Origin: a virus | Lineage: Duplodnaviria > Heunggongvirae > Uroviricota > Caudoviricetes | Length of the DNA stretch: 5,832 nt | IMG/VR virus record: IMGVR_UViG_2675903654_000001 | Location: 1 to 5,832 of that record | Direction: 5' to 3' (one strand) | In this document: in pieces, positions 5,744 through 5,832 of the stretch | How the letters are laid out: each line of letters begins with the position of its first letter | How positions within the stretch are numbered: position 1 is the stretch's first letter | Notes under the pieces: model-generated | What the model was told of the DNA's origin: nothing | The model's database searches: none | Seen by the model: only the letters and a program-made list of their open reading frames with translations | Translations under genes and position numbers: made by a program

Positions 5744-5832
5744 AATTATCTCCATTTTTACAAATGAATTTTGTCGATGCGGTGCCTGGTGCCTCCAGGT
5801 GACGTTAACCAGTTAACAATTAACGCCGGATA

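Noticed and set aside
1-5832. CRISPR arrays, IS elements/transposase genes, rRNA genes, Chi sites (GCTGGTGG)
   Set aside because: No regularly spaced direct repeats, no transposase-like ORFs or terminal inverted repeats, no rRNA-like sequence, and no exact Chi octamer found by eye on either strand.

Overview
This window reads as the early-left arm of a Rac-type defective lambdoid prophage (Escherichia/Shigella), not an undescribed system. Nine genes sit head-to-tail on the minus strand: int (truncated) - xis - ydaC - ralR - recT - recE - racC - ydaE - kilR. Gene identities come from recognising the translated proteins and their order from memory; no database search was run. Every start chosen has a Shine-Dalgarno motif 5-9 nt upstream, and several ORF-track starts were trimmed to these. 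ydaE (56 aa) is missing from the ORF track and was found by hand translation. I see no tRNA, rRNA, CRISPR array or IS element. By eye, recT-recE (about 1450-4900) is more GC-rich than the AT-rich flanks, suggesting a mosaic. The observations most worth a second look are: (1) the integrase stops at codon 218 with no catalytic domain; (2) a strong plus-strand hairpin plus T-run between racC and recE, antisense to every gene, with a promoter-like element upstream (candidate small antisense RNA); (3) a plus-strand promoter-like -10 and weak terminator opposite ydaC/ralR, where the RalA antitoxin sRNA might lie; (4) a RecE allele that appears to differ from the K-12 protein as I recall it, in its N-terminus and by a 21-bp tandem duplication. 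Plus-strand ORFs in the track are antisense artefacts.
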